64,000 bases of DNA, taken from NCBI GenBank assembly GCA_965214835.1, contig CBDCCK010000002.1, forward strand, positions 1,120,001 to 1,184,000, read 5' to 3'. This DNA comes from Nitrosopumilaceae archaeon (lineage in GTDB: Archaea; Thermoproteota; Nitrososphaeria; Nitrososphaerales; Nitrosopumilaceae). The notes under the pieces are model-generated. The model had not been told where the DNA came from. It ran no database searches and saw only the letters and a program-made list of their open reading frames with translations. Position 1 is the stretch's first letter; each line of letters opens with the position of its first letter. The position numbers were made by a program, and so were the translations under genes. This document shows, piece by piece, positions 8,768 through 17,571 of the stretch.

Positions 8768-9289
8768 TGAAACCTCAATTCCCATCATCTCATAGTGATT
8801 TGAAATGTCTCTTACACTCATTCCCGAATAATACATTTGAAGCGAACCTGTAACCACATTCTCATCAAACTGCTTTTTCTCAAATCCAATATTTTCAGAG
8901 AATTTCTTTTTACAGTCCAGACACTCAAAAATTCTGACCTTGCCATTCTTGTTCTTTCTGAATCCATCTTTTCTTAATCTGCCAGAATCACAATACTTGC
9001 ATAGCTTTAGTTGTGAGCGTTCCATGATTCTAAACTCGTTGTTTCCGTAACACTTGTTTTGCTTGATAATTTCTAAAACGATTTTGATGTGCTTACAGTC
9101 AGACTTTCTTATCTCATGATCCTTGCATTCACACCTAAGACCATTATCAGTCTTTGACACGATATAGAATTTTTCTGGATTGGTTTGTGATCTTACCTTG
9201 AACTTATCTGACTCAATCTGTGAACAGTGACCTTTATCTTCCATCATGGATTGAGCTCTTTGAGTTCGTGAATTCACGTAATAGTATTA

Positions 9290-9330
9290 TATCCGTACTA
9301 ATATAAAGTGTTCTATTATTAGTACGGATA
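9290..9330. promoter_or_regulatory. 14-bp perfect inverted repeat (putative operator) at divergent TATA boxes
   Basis: tatccgtactaata (9290-9303) and tattagtacggata (9317-9330); TATA-like aatataaa (9300-9307, serving the - strand) and tttttatatt (about 9333). Confidence 0.65.
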
Positions 9331-9361
9331 GATTTTTATATTAAATAGCAAGTTTGAAGAT

Positions 9362-9538
9362 ATGCCAAAATGGAAAATGGATGAAACAGAATTTTCAGTT
9401 AGTGTAAGTAATGATGGTAATGGAAGTAATGTCTGTAGAATTCCAAAACCAATTATGGAAAAAATGGGTCAACCAAACAGAATTAAATTCATAATCAAAG
9501 ATAAAAAAATTCTAGTATGCAAAGATGTGAAAAATTAA
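9362..9538 (+). CDS. AbrB/SpoVT-like small DNA-binding protein (58 aa, below ORF-track cutoff)
   Basis: MPKWKMDETEFSVSVSNDGNGSNVCRIPKPIMEKMGQPNRIKFIIKDKKILVCKDVKN; swapped-hairpin pattern IPKPI..K.G....IKF. Confidence 0.7.
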   Translation: MPKWKMDETEFSVSVSNDGNGSNVCRIPKPIMEKMGQPNRIKFIIKDKKILVCKDVKN

Positions 9539-9695
9539 AATGACTGCAAAACATAAGGCATCAGGCAAGGCTCAACAGTATATGTCAGCAACACGTGGAA
9601 CCATATGATGAACACATATGACACGAACCCCACAATCACATCGGTCTCAGTACCGTGACCACTTTTTTTTATTTTTTAATGACATGGTGTGAATA

Positions 9696-9995
9696 ATGAA
9701 AAGACTGAAGCTTTTATTCATACTGGGATTCGTGACATACTCCCAGATACCCATAATTGACACGCTGTTCTTGGACGAGTACGGATACCGCTTTACCATA
9801 CCCGGGGGAGAGACATACCTGTTCATTGCAGTCACCATTTTCTTTCTGATGGGCGGGAGGATGGAACCAGTGACCGAGCTTATAAAGTCCATTGGCATGA
9901 TAACTGGCATACTGGGAACAATGGGCGTGTGGACTGTGTTTGGTATACTGGCATACGGTATTGTGTATAGGTTGAGAAAAACATTCACTTCCTAA
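9696..9995 (+). CDS. Small membrane protein (passenger of the IS6-like element)
   Basis: 99 aa with about three hydrophobic segments; ends just inside the right TIR. Confidence 0.55.
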   Translation: MKRLKLLFILGFVTYSQIPIIDTLFLDEYGYRFTIPGGETYLFIAVTIFFLMGGRMEPVTELIKSIGMITGILGTMGVWTVFGILAYGIVYRLRKTFTS

Positions 9996-10074
9996 AGTCC
10001 GTATTTCACCCCTCGAAGATGTTACAGAACCAAATTCCACTAGTTTTTTATGCATCATTGAAAATCAGACAATC

Positions 10075-10542
10075 ATGTTCACCAGGCGGACAATAATTGG
10101 AATCATTGCCGGGGCTATAATTATAGGAATTGGCGTTGCGGCGCTTGTTACGTCCATTGGCGTTCAGACCCTGAATATTGAGGAGACAATCGAGGTTGGA
10201 AAGTCTCTGCCGTATAACATAAACGGGCCAGAGGGTTCATCCCAGCACATGTACATAACTGGAGAAAAATTTGATCTCGAACTGGCCAGTCCTGCAGACG
10301 GACTGCAGATCCCACTAACCTCCTACAAGAACGAACTGACACTGGACTGGGTACATCTGGCAGGCGGCGTTACGGACATCAGGATACAAAATACCGGAAG
10401 CACCGAGCTTGATGTAAGGGCCACGCTGAACGTCTCCACCGATCCAATCCTGTTTGCATATCACTTTGTTGTAATTACTGCAGGCGTGATCATCATAGGA
10501 TTTAGTCTTGGCTTTAGCATTAGAAAGCCCAAAGGATTCTAA
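10075..10542 (+). CDS. Hypothetical membrane protein with N- and C-terminal TM helices
   Basis: Hydrophobic termini around a beta-rich middle; convergent overlap with pheA. Confidence 0.7.
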   Translation: MFTRRTIIGIIAGAIIIGIGVAALVTSIGVQTLNIEETIEVGKSLPYNINGPEGSSQHMYITGEKFDLELASPADGLQIPLTSYKNELTLDWVHLAGGVTDIRIQNTGSTELDVRATLNVSTDPILFAYHFVVITAGVIIIGFSLGFSIRKPKGF

Positions 10543-11354
10543 TCGACTCTTGCTGCCCTGTAAGAGCCCAGACTTTTGAAGAACAGGGCCTCATTTCTGA
10601 TTTTTTCAATCATCTGTGACACCCTTGGATCCCTTTCGCTTCCTTCAAAATCAACATAAAAGTTGTACTCCCACGCCGTAGTCTTTGTCGGCCTCGACTC
10701 AATCTTGGTAAGGTTAATCCCGCCTTCATGGAACTTTTCAATTATTTTGTACAATGCGCCTCTTTCGTGCTTCACTGAAAATATCACCGACGTCTTGTTA
10801 TTCCCTGGATCGTCTGATTTTTCCCCGGATAGGATCAAAAATCGCGTATAGTTGCCGGTATTGTCTGCTATATTGCTCTCAACTACGGGCAGCTGGTGGA
10901 TGTCTGATGCCTGCTTGCTGGCAATGCAGGCAACGTTTTGCTGGCCTAGCTCCTTGACGATCCCAACACTGCCTGCCGTGTCATAGGTCGGCACCGTCCT
11001 CATGTTGTGTGACTGGATGAACTTTCTGCACTGTCCTAGTGCCTGTGGATGTGAGTATACCGTGTCGATTTGGCCTAGTTTGCCACTGCCGATCAGGCAG
11101 TGCTCTATCTTGTGGTATTTCTCCCCGACTACGTTGAGAGCAGTCGAATAGAGCAAGTCGTTACTCTCTCCGACACTCCCTTCTATGGAGTTTTCTACCG
11201 GCAAAACTGCATAGTCTGTCTTGTTGTCAGCAACGGATTCCAAAACCTCGGCAAACGTTGCACATGGAAGGGTCCGAATGTGCTTGCCAAAGAATGACAT
11301 GGCAGCAGCCTCGCTGTATGCGCCTCGTTCGCCTTGGAACGAAACGCTGGTCAT
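10539..11354 (-). CDS. pheA: Prephenate dehydratase
   Basis: FQGERGAYSE, PVENSIEGSV, SHPQALGQC, NYTRF and ACT-domain LTKIESRP. Confidence 0.96.
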   Translation of the reverse strand: MTSVSFQGERGAYSEAAAMSFFGKHIRTLPCATFAEVLESVADNKTDYAVLPVENSIEGSVGESNDLLYSTALNVVGEKYHKIEHCLIGSGKLGQIDTVYSHPQALGQCRKFIQSHNMRTVPTYDTAGSVGIVKELGQQNVACIASKQASDIHQLPVVESNIADNTGNYTRFLILSGEKSDDPGNNKTSVIFSVKHERGALYKIIEKFHEGGINLTKIESRPTKTTAWEYNFYVDFEGSERDPRVSQMIEKIRNEALFFKSLGSYRAARVD

Positions 11355-11360
11355 TTCAGA

Positions 11361-11900
11361 TCAGTCCAGAAATATCGCTTTGCCAAAATCACTGGAAAGT
11401 TTTCTGTCGTCAATCCAAGAGCATTCCTTGCATTTTATTGCATCTCTGTATGGAAGGACCCTTTGTCCGCACTTTCTGCATTTTGTGAATAACACGCCCA
11501 AGCTTGACTCGTTCATGGCCGCATGCAGCGTTCCGTTGTTTAAGCTAATGATTTTCAATGTGATCATATCGTTTACCAGGGCCACGGTTCTCTTTCTGAT
11601 GTTTCTTGTAGAACAGATGCACTCTATTCCTGCCTTTGTTCGGACTCCGTTGATATAGTCCACACTCACTGCAATCATGGACGACATGACTGCTGCCACG
11701 GTACCAATAACAATATCTCCTGCCTTTGGAGCCAGCTGCTTTTGCGTCTTGATAACTGTGGCAATTCTTTCTTTTTTGTCCATGTTTACTGTGCCTACGA
11801 CTGCAGCACGGACCATGTTCCCATCATCAAAGGTGTTCTCTCCTGCCTCAAACTCCTCAATTGAGGCAATTTTCTCACCGGGGAGCGTAGTGCTTGGCAT
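11361..11900 (-). CDS. csl4: Exosome complex RNA-binding protein Csl4
   Basis: PGEKIASIEEF, S1-like domain, C-terminal CRKC...CKEC...RKLS. Confidence 0.9.
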   Translation of the reverse strand: MPSTTLPGEKIASIEEFEAGENTFDDGNMVRAAVVGTVNMDKKERIATVIKTQKQLAPKAGDIVIGTVAAVMSSMIAVSVDYINGVRTKAGIECICSTRNIRKRTVALVNDMITLKIISLNNGTLHAAMNESSLGVLFTKCRKCGQRVLPYRDAIKCKECSWIDDRKLSSDFGKAIFLD

Positions 11901-12031
11901 GCTAAACCGTCGATTGTGATTAATTATAATTGTTTATGGGTTGGATATGTCAGAATTGTGGGGTATTTTTGGTGTACATACTATTCCCCTGCGTAAAACG
12001 ATAGTCTCCCCCCCTGCCCTGACTGCGACGC

Positions 12032-12397
12032 AGCTTGTTGCACAACCCTGCCTGCAAAACCGGAACTTGTCAAAAAACCACCACGCAGCCAAAGGCACTG
12101 CTTGACGGGGCGCCCAAGAGCATCGAGGCAGATGCGCAGCAGGGCGGCCACGATAGCACGGGTGTGGCCCAGAGCCCCAGCATACTTCATATGGGATCTC
12201 GCTGCTGGCCCTGCCTAGTACAGGCAAGGATCAGAGCGTGCCGGGCAAGATCCTGCTTGCAGGGGACAGATACGGTTCAAGGAAAAGCATCGCCGAGTGC
12301 CACAAGCGCCGTAAAGCCACTCATACGGCTTTTGACAATCTGTACTGCAAGGGGCAAGGACAACGGCGATGAGCAAGACATCCCAGTTCCAGACTAA
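12032..12397 (+). pseudogene. Probable degraded IS1182/IS5-like transposase remnant
   Basis: One frame reads RYGSRKSIAE...FDNLYCKG, resembling the Y-x2-R-x4-E...F...RG C-terminus of IS1182-type transposases. Begins with AGCTTGTTGCACAA, shared with the MITE G end. Confidence 0.35.
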
Positions 12398-12432
12398 AAA
12401 TTGATATTAAACAGACTGTGCCATCAGTTTTT

Positions 12433-13503
12433 GTGAAAGCCCTAGTTTACGATGAGTATTGCAAAGATGATGACTTTGCAAGCATACTGAAGATCAAGGA
12501 CATTCCAGAGCCGGCTCCCAAGCCTAACGAGGTTGTTTTTCGTGTAAGGGCTGCGGCATTAAATTATGATGATATTTGGGGCATGCGCGGAAGACCCCTT
12601 AAAGTTCCCCTACCGCATATCTCTGGAACTGATGCTGCAGGAGAGGTAACTGCAATAGGCGAGGATGTGAAGAACATCAGGGTCGGAGACCGGGTAGTAT
12701 CCCATGGAAACATGTCGTGCAGAGTGTGCAAGCGGTGTACAAGCGGAAGAGAGTTTGATTGTAAAAAAAGGATCATTTGGGGATTTCAAACCGGTCCATT
12801 GTGGGGAGGGTATTGTGAAGTCACCAACCTGCCGGAGGTAAATGTCGTAAAAATCCCTGAAAATATTTCCTATGATGATGCAGCGGCCGCATCGATGACC
12901 CTGCTGACCTCGTGGCATATGCTGGTCGGTAGAGCAAAAATCCAACCGGGACAGGCTGTTTTGATCATGGGCGGAGGCTCGGGGGTCGGAAACTTTGGAA
13001 TTCAGATTGCAAAACTGTACGGCTGTACGGTCATTGCCACTGCTAGTCCGGACAAGCTTGGCCAGCTATTGGAACTGGGGGCAGATTATGCGGTGGATCA
13101 CAGAAAGGAGGACTGGGACAAGGAGGTATGGGAAATCTCCAAGGTGCTGGCCAAAGAGTCTGATGGGACGCCAGGATTGGACATGGTCTTTGAGCACATT
13201 GGAGGCTCTCACTGGAACAAGGAGCTCAGGCTACTCAGGTATGGAGCCACCATCGTTACGACCGGGGCAACGACCGGATATGATGCCCCGACCGATCTGC
13301 GGCATATTTTCTTTAAGGGAATCAACATCTTGGGCTCAACGCAGGGAACTAGGGCAGAACTTGAGCAGGGACTGTACTGGATGTCTCAGGGAAAAATCAA
13401 GGCAATAGTTGATTCCGTATATCCGCTTGAAAGGGCGGTGGACGCTCACAACAAAATGCTGACCGGGAAGGGGCTGTTTGGAAAGATTGTCATGCGTCCA
13501 TGA
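12433..13503 (+). CDS. Zinc-binding alcohol dehydrogenase / MDR-family oxidoreductase
   Basis: PHISGTDAAGEV, CRVCKRC...C structural Zn site, GGGSGVG Rossmann motif, GKIV. Confidence 0.9.
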   Translation: MKALVYDEYCKDDDFASILKIKDIPEPAPKPNEVVFRVRAAALNYDDIWGMRGRPLKVPLPHISGTDAAGEVTAIGEDVKNIRVGDRVVSHGNMSCRVCKRCTSGREFDCKKRIIWGFQTGPLWGGYCEVTNLPEVNVVKIPENISYDDAAAASMTLLTSWHMLVGRAKIQPGQAVLIMGGGSGVGNFGIQIAKLYGCTVIATASPDKLGQLLELGADYAVDHRKEDWDKEVWEISKVLAKESDGTPGLDMVFEHIGGSHWNKELRLLRYGATIVTTGATTGYDAPTDLRHIFFKGINILGSTQGTRAELEQGLYWMSQGKIKAIVDSVYPLERAVDAHNKMLTGKGLFGKIVMRP

Positions 13504-13908
13504 CCTCAGATCCTAAAATCAACTCATTGTTATGGTGGCGATCAAAGGTTCTTGAATGCACGTGTGGTGCGTACAAAGTACGTAGTCACCTCCACCCAAC
13601 CCATCTGGGCACCAGCTTGCACAAAGTTGTGATTTTTACGCTTGGCCAGCAGGGGGGACGTGGCCTCGTACCAAAAAACACCCACAGTTTTGACACCTCG
13701 TGCTTTAAAAAAAATGATCGACTTTCAACTGTACGCATTGTGGGCATGAACTGCGCAAGAAGACGTTTTTTGATGATCAAAGACTTTCAATCACCACTAT
13801 GCGCATTTGCCAAAAATGACGTAAAAACCGCTTGGTTTTTTTGATCTGTACAGATTACGCAAAGTCTAGCATATGCAAAGAGAGGTTTTTCAGGCTGGTA
13901 AGTGGATC

Positions 13909-14904
13909 CTAAAGCCAGTGTGGAGTCTGCAGATATCCCTCAATGGGTTCCCTCCGTAGTACCTTGAGTAATGCATTTGCCTGTGGCGTGGAGAGCAGCG
14001 GCATGTCAAACCGGTTGTCCGTAGAGATCCTCGGGCATGCGACCTGAATAAAGGCATCAATTCCCTTCAGGTTTCGAAGCCTTTCGTTCGTAATGTCTGT
14101 CAGGGCAAACAAATGGACCGTTTTTCCCTCCTTTTCGAGCTCCCTTTTGAATTTTAGCCCCGCCGTTTTTGACAGCTGGCCCTCCTTGAGTCCCACGATC
14201 ACCCCGAATGTTTGTGCCTCGGCTGCCTTGTAGACTGCAAGCGTTGCCTTTTTCTGAAGCTTTTGTGCAAACTCGGTGATCTCCCTTACCTCGTTAAAGT
14301 ACGGATCCAAAACGTATGTAGGCCTGTTGGTGGAAAGCGCGATTCCTGATGCGTGAAAATTACTCTGTCCCAAAAACACGTTTACGTCTGCAGCCTCCGT
14401 GCCCTCCATTGCAGGATAAAACTCGCAGCCAAATACCTGGCCGTCATTTAGCTGTCCTTTTCCGGTTCCGATCTTTACTGCGATGCCGTTTTCCTCAAAG
14501 ATTCCTTTGACCTTGTCTACCTCGTGCAGGTGCTGGCTGTCAGTTAGCAGCGAAATGGTTTTTCCCCTCAACTCTGACGCGCATTTTTGTGCGACACTGT
14601 CAAAAGCGACGTCGTCAAAGGCATCAATCAGGTAAACCCCCTCCTCATACATCTCGGTATTGATGGTATGGCCTACATTGAACAGAATCTCGGCAGAAAG
14701 AACCCTTGCCCCGTTTGTATTCAGATCACATGTTCCCCACGTCGTGTCTGCTAGGACGTATGCAGGAATTCCAAACCGCCTCATGATGTTTTGAGCCGCT
14801 TGCTGAACCTGCGGAATCATTCCGTCCGGACCGTTTAGTGCCACAGATGCGGGCTTTTTCTCAGCAATGATCTCAAATATCCGCTCCTCGTCTATTACTA
14901 TCAA
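13909..14904 (-). CDS. dph2: Diphthamide biosynthesis enzyme Dph2
   Basis: TWGTCD, GQVFGCEF, KEGQ and ACPRI cysteine motifs. Confidence 0.92.
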   Translation of the reverse strand: MIVIDEERIFEIIAEKKPASVALNGPDGMIPQVQQAAQNIMRRFGIPAYVLADTTWGTCDLNTNGARVLSAEILFNVGHTINTEMYEEGVYLIDAFDDVAFDSVAQKCASELRGKTISLLTDSQHLHEVDKVKGIFEENGIAVKIGTGKGQLNDGQVFGCEFYPAMEGTEAADVNVFLGQSNFHASGIALSTNRPTYVLDPYFNEVREITEFAQKLQKKATLAVYKAAEAQTFGVIVGLKEGQLSKTAGLKFKRELEKEGKTVHLFALTDITNERLRNLKGIDAFIQVACPRISTDNRFDMPLLSTPQANALLKVLRREPIEGYLQTPHWL

Positions 14905-14985
14905 TTTTAGATCAAGGCCCTAAGGTTTTAATTTAAACCAACCTAGGTGAAAAGCCACAAATGTATCGTAATTCCACCCAATCCA

Positions 14986-16299
14986 TTGAAAAATGACTGC
15001 ATCCTCAGCATTGGATTTGACGACACTGACTCACCAGGCGGAATGTGTACGACGTATCTTGCCTACAAGGCTGTAGGCGCAATACAAAAGGATGCAGTGT
15101 TCCTAGATTATCCCAGACTTGTTCGCCTCAACCCGAACATTCCATGGAAAACCAGAGGCAACGGCGCCGTTTCTTTGAAGGTCAAAACAAAAAATCCCGC
15201 ACGGATCAAAAGCAAAATCACTGGACTAGTCAGGCGGTACTCGGACACAAGGCACGGGGCAAATCCCGGACTGGTCTTTTATGAAAACTCAGAAATTCCC
15301 TCCGAGTTTCGGGATTTTAGCGAGGCTGCTCTGTGGCGCCTGATTCGCCGCGACAGCGCAAAAAAATTTGCGGACAGGCACGGCCTTGACGCGTTTCACT
15401 TGGGAAACGGGCAGGGACTAGTCGGCGCAATCGGCGCAATCGGCTATCAGTTCAACGATTCCACCGTGGAGCTTCTAAGCTATAGAAAAAAGTCCATGTT
15501 TGGCAAAAGGCGTGAGATTTCTGCTCGCAGCGTGCAAAAAATGCAGAGTGCAAATCCCCAGACCTTTAGCAGCTATGATACAAAAAAGAAAAAAATCCTG
15601 ATGGCGCCTCACGGCCCTGATCCGGTTTTTTACGGCCTGCGTGGGGAAAGTCCTCTGTCTGTATGGAAGGCATCTAAAGCCATTGAGTTTGATGAAGAGC
15701 TTGACGGCCATATGATCTTCAGGTCAAACCAGGGTACCGGCGATCATCTGAAAAACAAAATTGATGTACACAGGCTAGATCCGTACACCTCTGGGATTGT
15801 GGACGGAACGATTTCAAGACGTCCCATCATGCATCCCGGGGGACATGCTGCCTTTTCGCTGAATTCCAGAGGCGTTGATGTAAAATGTGCCGTCTACAAG
15901 CCAACCGGACTTTCCCCGATTGCCATGGAGCTAATCACAGGTGACAAAGTTCGCATTGGGGGCGGTGTCAGAAAATCCACCCGCAGTTATCCCCGCATAG
16001 TCAACGTCGAGTTCATTGAAGTACGAGGACTGTCTGCCAAACAAGCCATTTCAAACCCATCCTGCAAAAAGTGTGGCAAAAATATGAAGTCAAAGGGCAG
16101 AAACCAGGGATTCTCCTGCTCTAGGTGCAGTACGTATGCTGCCAAAAAAACCACAAAAAGGATTTCACGGGACTTGAAGAAAAAGCAGTACATCCCGGTC
16201 GTCTCGGCCCACCGCCATCTGACACGGCCCGTACAGCGACAGAACAAACCAAACAAGATCAGTTTTGACGAATCGATCCCCTGGTTTGCATCCTATTAG
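14986..16299 (+). CDS. tiaS: tRNA(Ile2) agmatinylcytidine synthetase
   Basis: GFDDTDSPGGMCTTY, LVRLNPNIPWKTRGNGA, SNQGT and C-terminal Zn ribbon. Start may be 14947. Confidence 0.95.
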   Translation: MKNDCILSIGFDDTDSPGGMCTTYLAYKAVGAIQKDAVFLDYPRLVRLNPNIPWKTRGNGAVSLKVKTKNPARIKSKITGLVRRYSDTRHGANPGLVFYENSEIPSEFRDFSEAALWRLIRRDSAKKFADRHGLDAFHLGNGQGLVGAIGAIGYQFNDSTVELLSYRKKSMFGKRREISARSVQKMQSANPQTFSSYDTKKKKILMAPHGPDPVFYGLRGESPLSVWKASKAIEFDEELDGHMIFRSNQGTGDHLKNKIDVHRLDPYTSGIVDGTISRRPIMHPGGHAAFSLNSRGVDVKCAVYKPTGLSPIAMELITGDKVRIGGGVRKSTRSYPRIVNVEFIEVRGLSAKQAISNPSCKKCGKNMKSKGRNQGFSCSRCSTYAAKKTTKRISRDLKKKQYIPVVSAHRHLTRPVQRQNKPNKISFDESIPWFASY

Positions 16300-16304
16300 A
16301 AAAG

Positions 16305-16394
16305 TAGCGGGGAGTAGATTTGAACTACTGATTTGCGGGTTATGAGCCCGCCGGGATGACTTTGCCCAAAAGCGTCTGACTTCCCCACCCCGCT
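16305..16394 (-). tRNA. Initiator tRNA-Met(CAT) with a probable 15-nt intron in the D-loop (16361-16375)
   Basis: AGCGGGG/CCCCGCT acceptor stem (A1-U72), GCGGG-CTCATAA-CCCGC anticodon arm with three G-C pairs, TTCAAAT T-loop. The D-loop is 25 nt unless ACGCTTTTGGGCAAA is spliced out. Confidence 0.93.
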
Positions 16395-16475
16395 GGATCA
16401 ACAATCCATCTGGGCAGTATATACGAGTTATCAAATTCTTGAAAGTAATTAATATGATTCGTCAAAACCGACTTT

Positions 16476-17570
16476 GTGGATAAAAAACTTCGCATCATGG
16501 GCATTGCTGCAGCAGTAGCTGCCGCAGTCGTAATAATGAGCTCCCCGGGCGCACCCCCCCCGCTTCCTGATCCTGCCACAACAGGCCAGGGAAACGAGTC
16601 GGTGGAGGTATTGGCAGCACATCTGGAAAACCCACAGGCGTTGGCCTTTGGCGATGACAGGGTTTTCCTGACAGAAAAGCCCGGACGAATTAGGGTCTTG
16701 GAGGATGAATCGCTGCTAGAAAAGCCCCTTGCCACATTTAGGGTCCCCGACGTCTTTGATGGCGGCCTGTTGGGCATTCAGACGCATCCTGACTTTGAGG
16801 ACAATCATCACCTGTATGTCTACCATACCTATGTGGAGGACGGCTCGCTTTGGAACAAAGTAACCAGGGTCACAGAAGCCGACAATCGACTAGTTAAGGC
16901 AGAGACCATTGTAGACAAAATTCCCGGCTCTCAGTTTAGCAATGGGGGGATAATCAAGTTTGGACCCGACGGGAAGCTCTATGTTGCCACGGGATCCGTC
17001 TCTGACTCGTCTCACATGCCGCAGGATCCAAACTCACTGGCAGGAAAAATTCTAAGACTAAACGATGACGGAACCATCCCTGAGACAAATCCGATTCATG
17101 ACTCTGCAGTATATGCCCTAGGGTTTAGGAATCCGCAGGGTATGGCGTGGGATGCGGCAGGCAATTTTTACATGACTGACATGGGGCCGACAAAGAGCGA
17201 TGAAATCAACCTGGTGCTCCCGGGCAGAAACTATGGCTGGCCTGAACAGGAATGCGCCGGCGGGGGGTATGAGGACTCTATCCTCTGCTATGATCCCGCA
17301 ATAGAGCCGGGAGGAATTATAGTTTATGACGGCGACTTGCTTGATTTTAAGGGAAAGCTAGTCATGACTGCACTTCGAGCATCAAACCTCTACGTCGTCG
17401 ATCTTGAAAACCCAAGCCTTCAGACACAGGACATTATTCTCAGCGGAACGGGACGCATTCGCGATGTTGCACAGGCCCCTGACGGGAGCCTCTATATCCT
17501 GACCTCAAACACGGATGGAAAAGGTTTTCCGGCAGATGATGATGACAGACTGTTGAGGATAGTGCGGTAA
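16476..17570 (+). CDS. PQQ-dependent sugar dehydrogenase (GSDH beta-propeller), exported
   Basis: N-terminal TM/signal; GGLLGI...HPDF, FGPDGKLY, GFRNPQG, NYGWP and GRIRDV. Confidence 0.9.
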   Translation: MDKKLRIMGIAAAVAAAVVIMSSPGAPPPLPDPATTGQGNESVEVLAAHLENPQALAFGDDRVFLTEKPGRIRVLEDESLLEKPLATFRVPDVFDGGLLGIQTHPDFEDNHHLYVYHTYVEDGSLWNKVTRVTEADNRLVKAETIVDKIPGSQFSNGGIIKFGPDGKLYVATGSVSDSSHMPQDPNSLAGKILRLNDDGTIPETNPIHDSAVYALGFRNPQGMAWDAAGNFYMTDMGPTKSDEINLVLPGRNYGWPEQECAGGGYEDSILCYDPAIEPGGIIVYDGDLLDFKGKLVMTALRASNLYVVDLENPSLQTQDIILSGTGRIRDVAQAPDGSLYILTSNTDGKGFPADDDDRLLRIVR

Positions 17571-17571
17571 A

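Larger units (their letters stand above)
7956..9277 (-). pseudogene. IS6-like SWIM/Zn-ribbon/DDE transposase interrupted by MITE C and MITE B
   Basis: CECKDH...CKHI, CKYC...CLDC, RADEAWIKV, ITDGLQAY, NNNKMERLNG. Removing both MITEs and one TSD each gives one open frame of 1113 nt (370 aa). Confidence 0.92.
7903..10031 (-). mobile_element. Complete IS6-like cargo-carrying element (2129 bp including two nested MITEs)
   Basis: Perfect 22-bp TIR GGTTCTGTAACATCTTCGAGGG (7903-7924 / 10010-10031); exact 8-bp TSD AAATTCCA (7895-7902 / 10032-10039); visibly more AT-rich than the flanks. Confidence 0.95.

Noticed and set aside
11934-12397. Structured ncRNA (RNase P or SRP) or real CDS in the GC-rich gap between csl4 and the dehydrogenase
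   Set aside because: No RNase P or SRP signature motifs were found; the ORFs look non-coding, and a transposase remnant fits better.
13500-13870. 114-aa ORF as a gene
   Set aside because: No recognisable motif; the region ends in a degenerate MITE-B-like terminus and is probably mobile-element debris.
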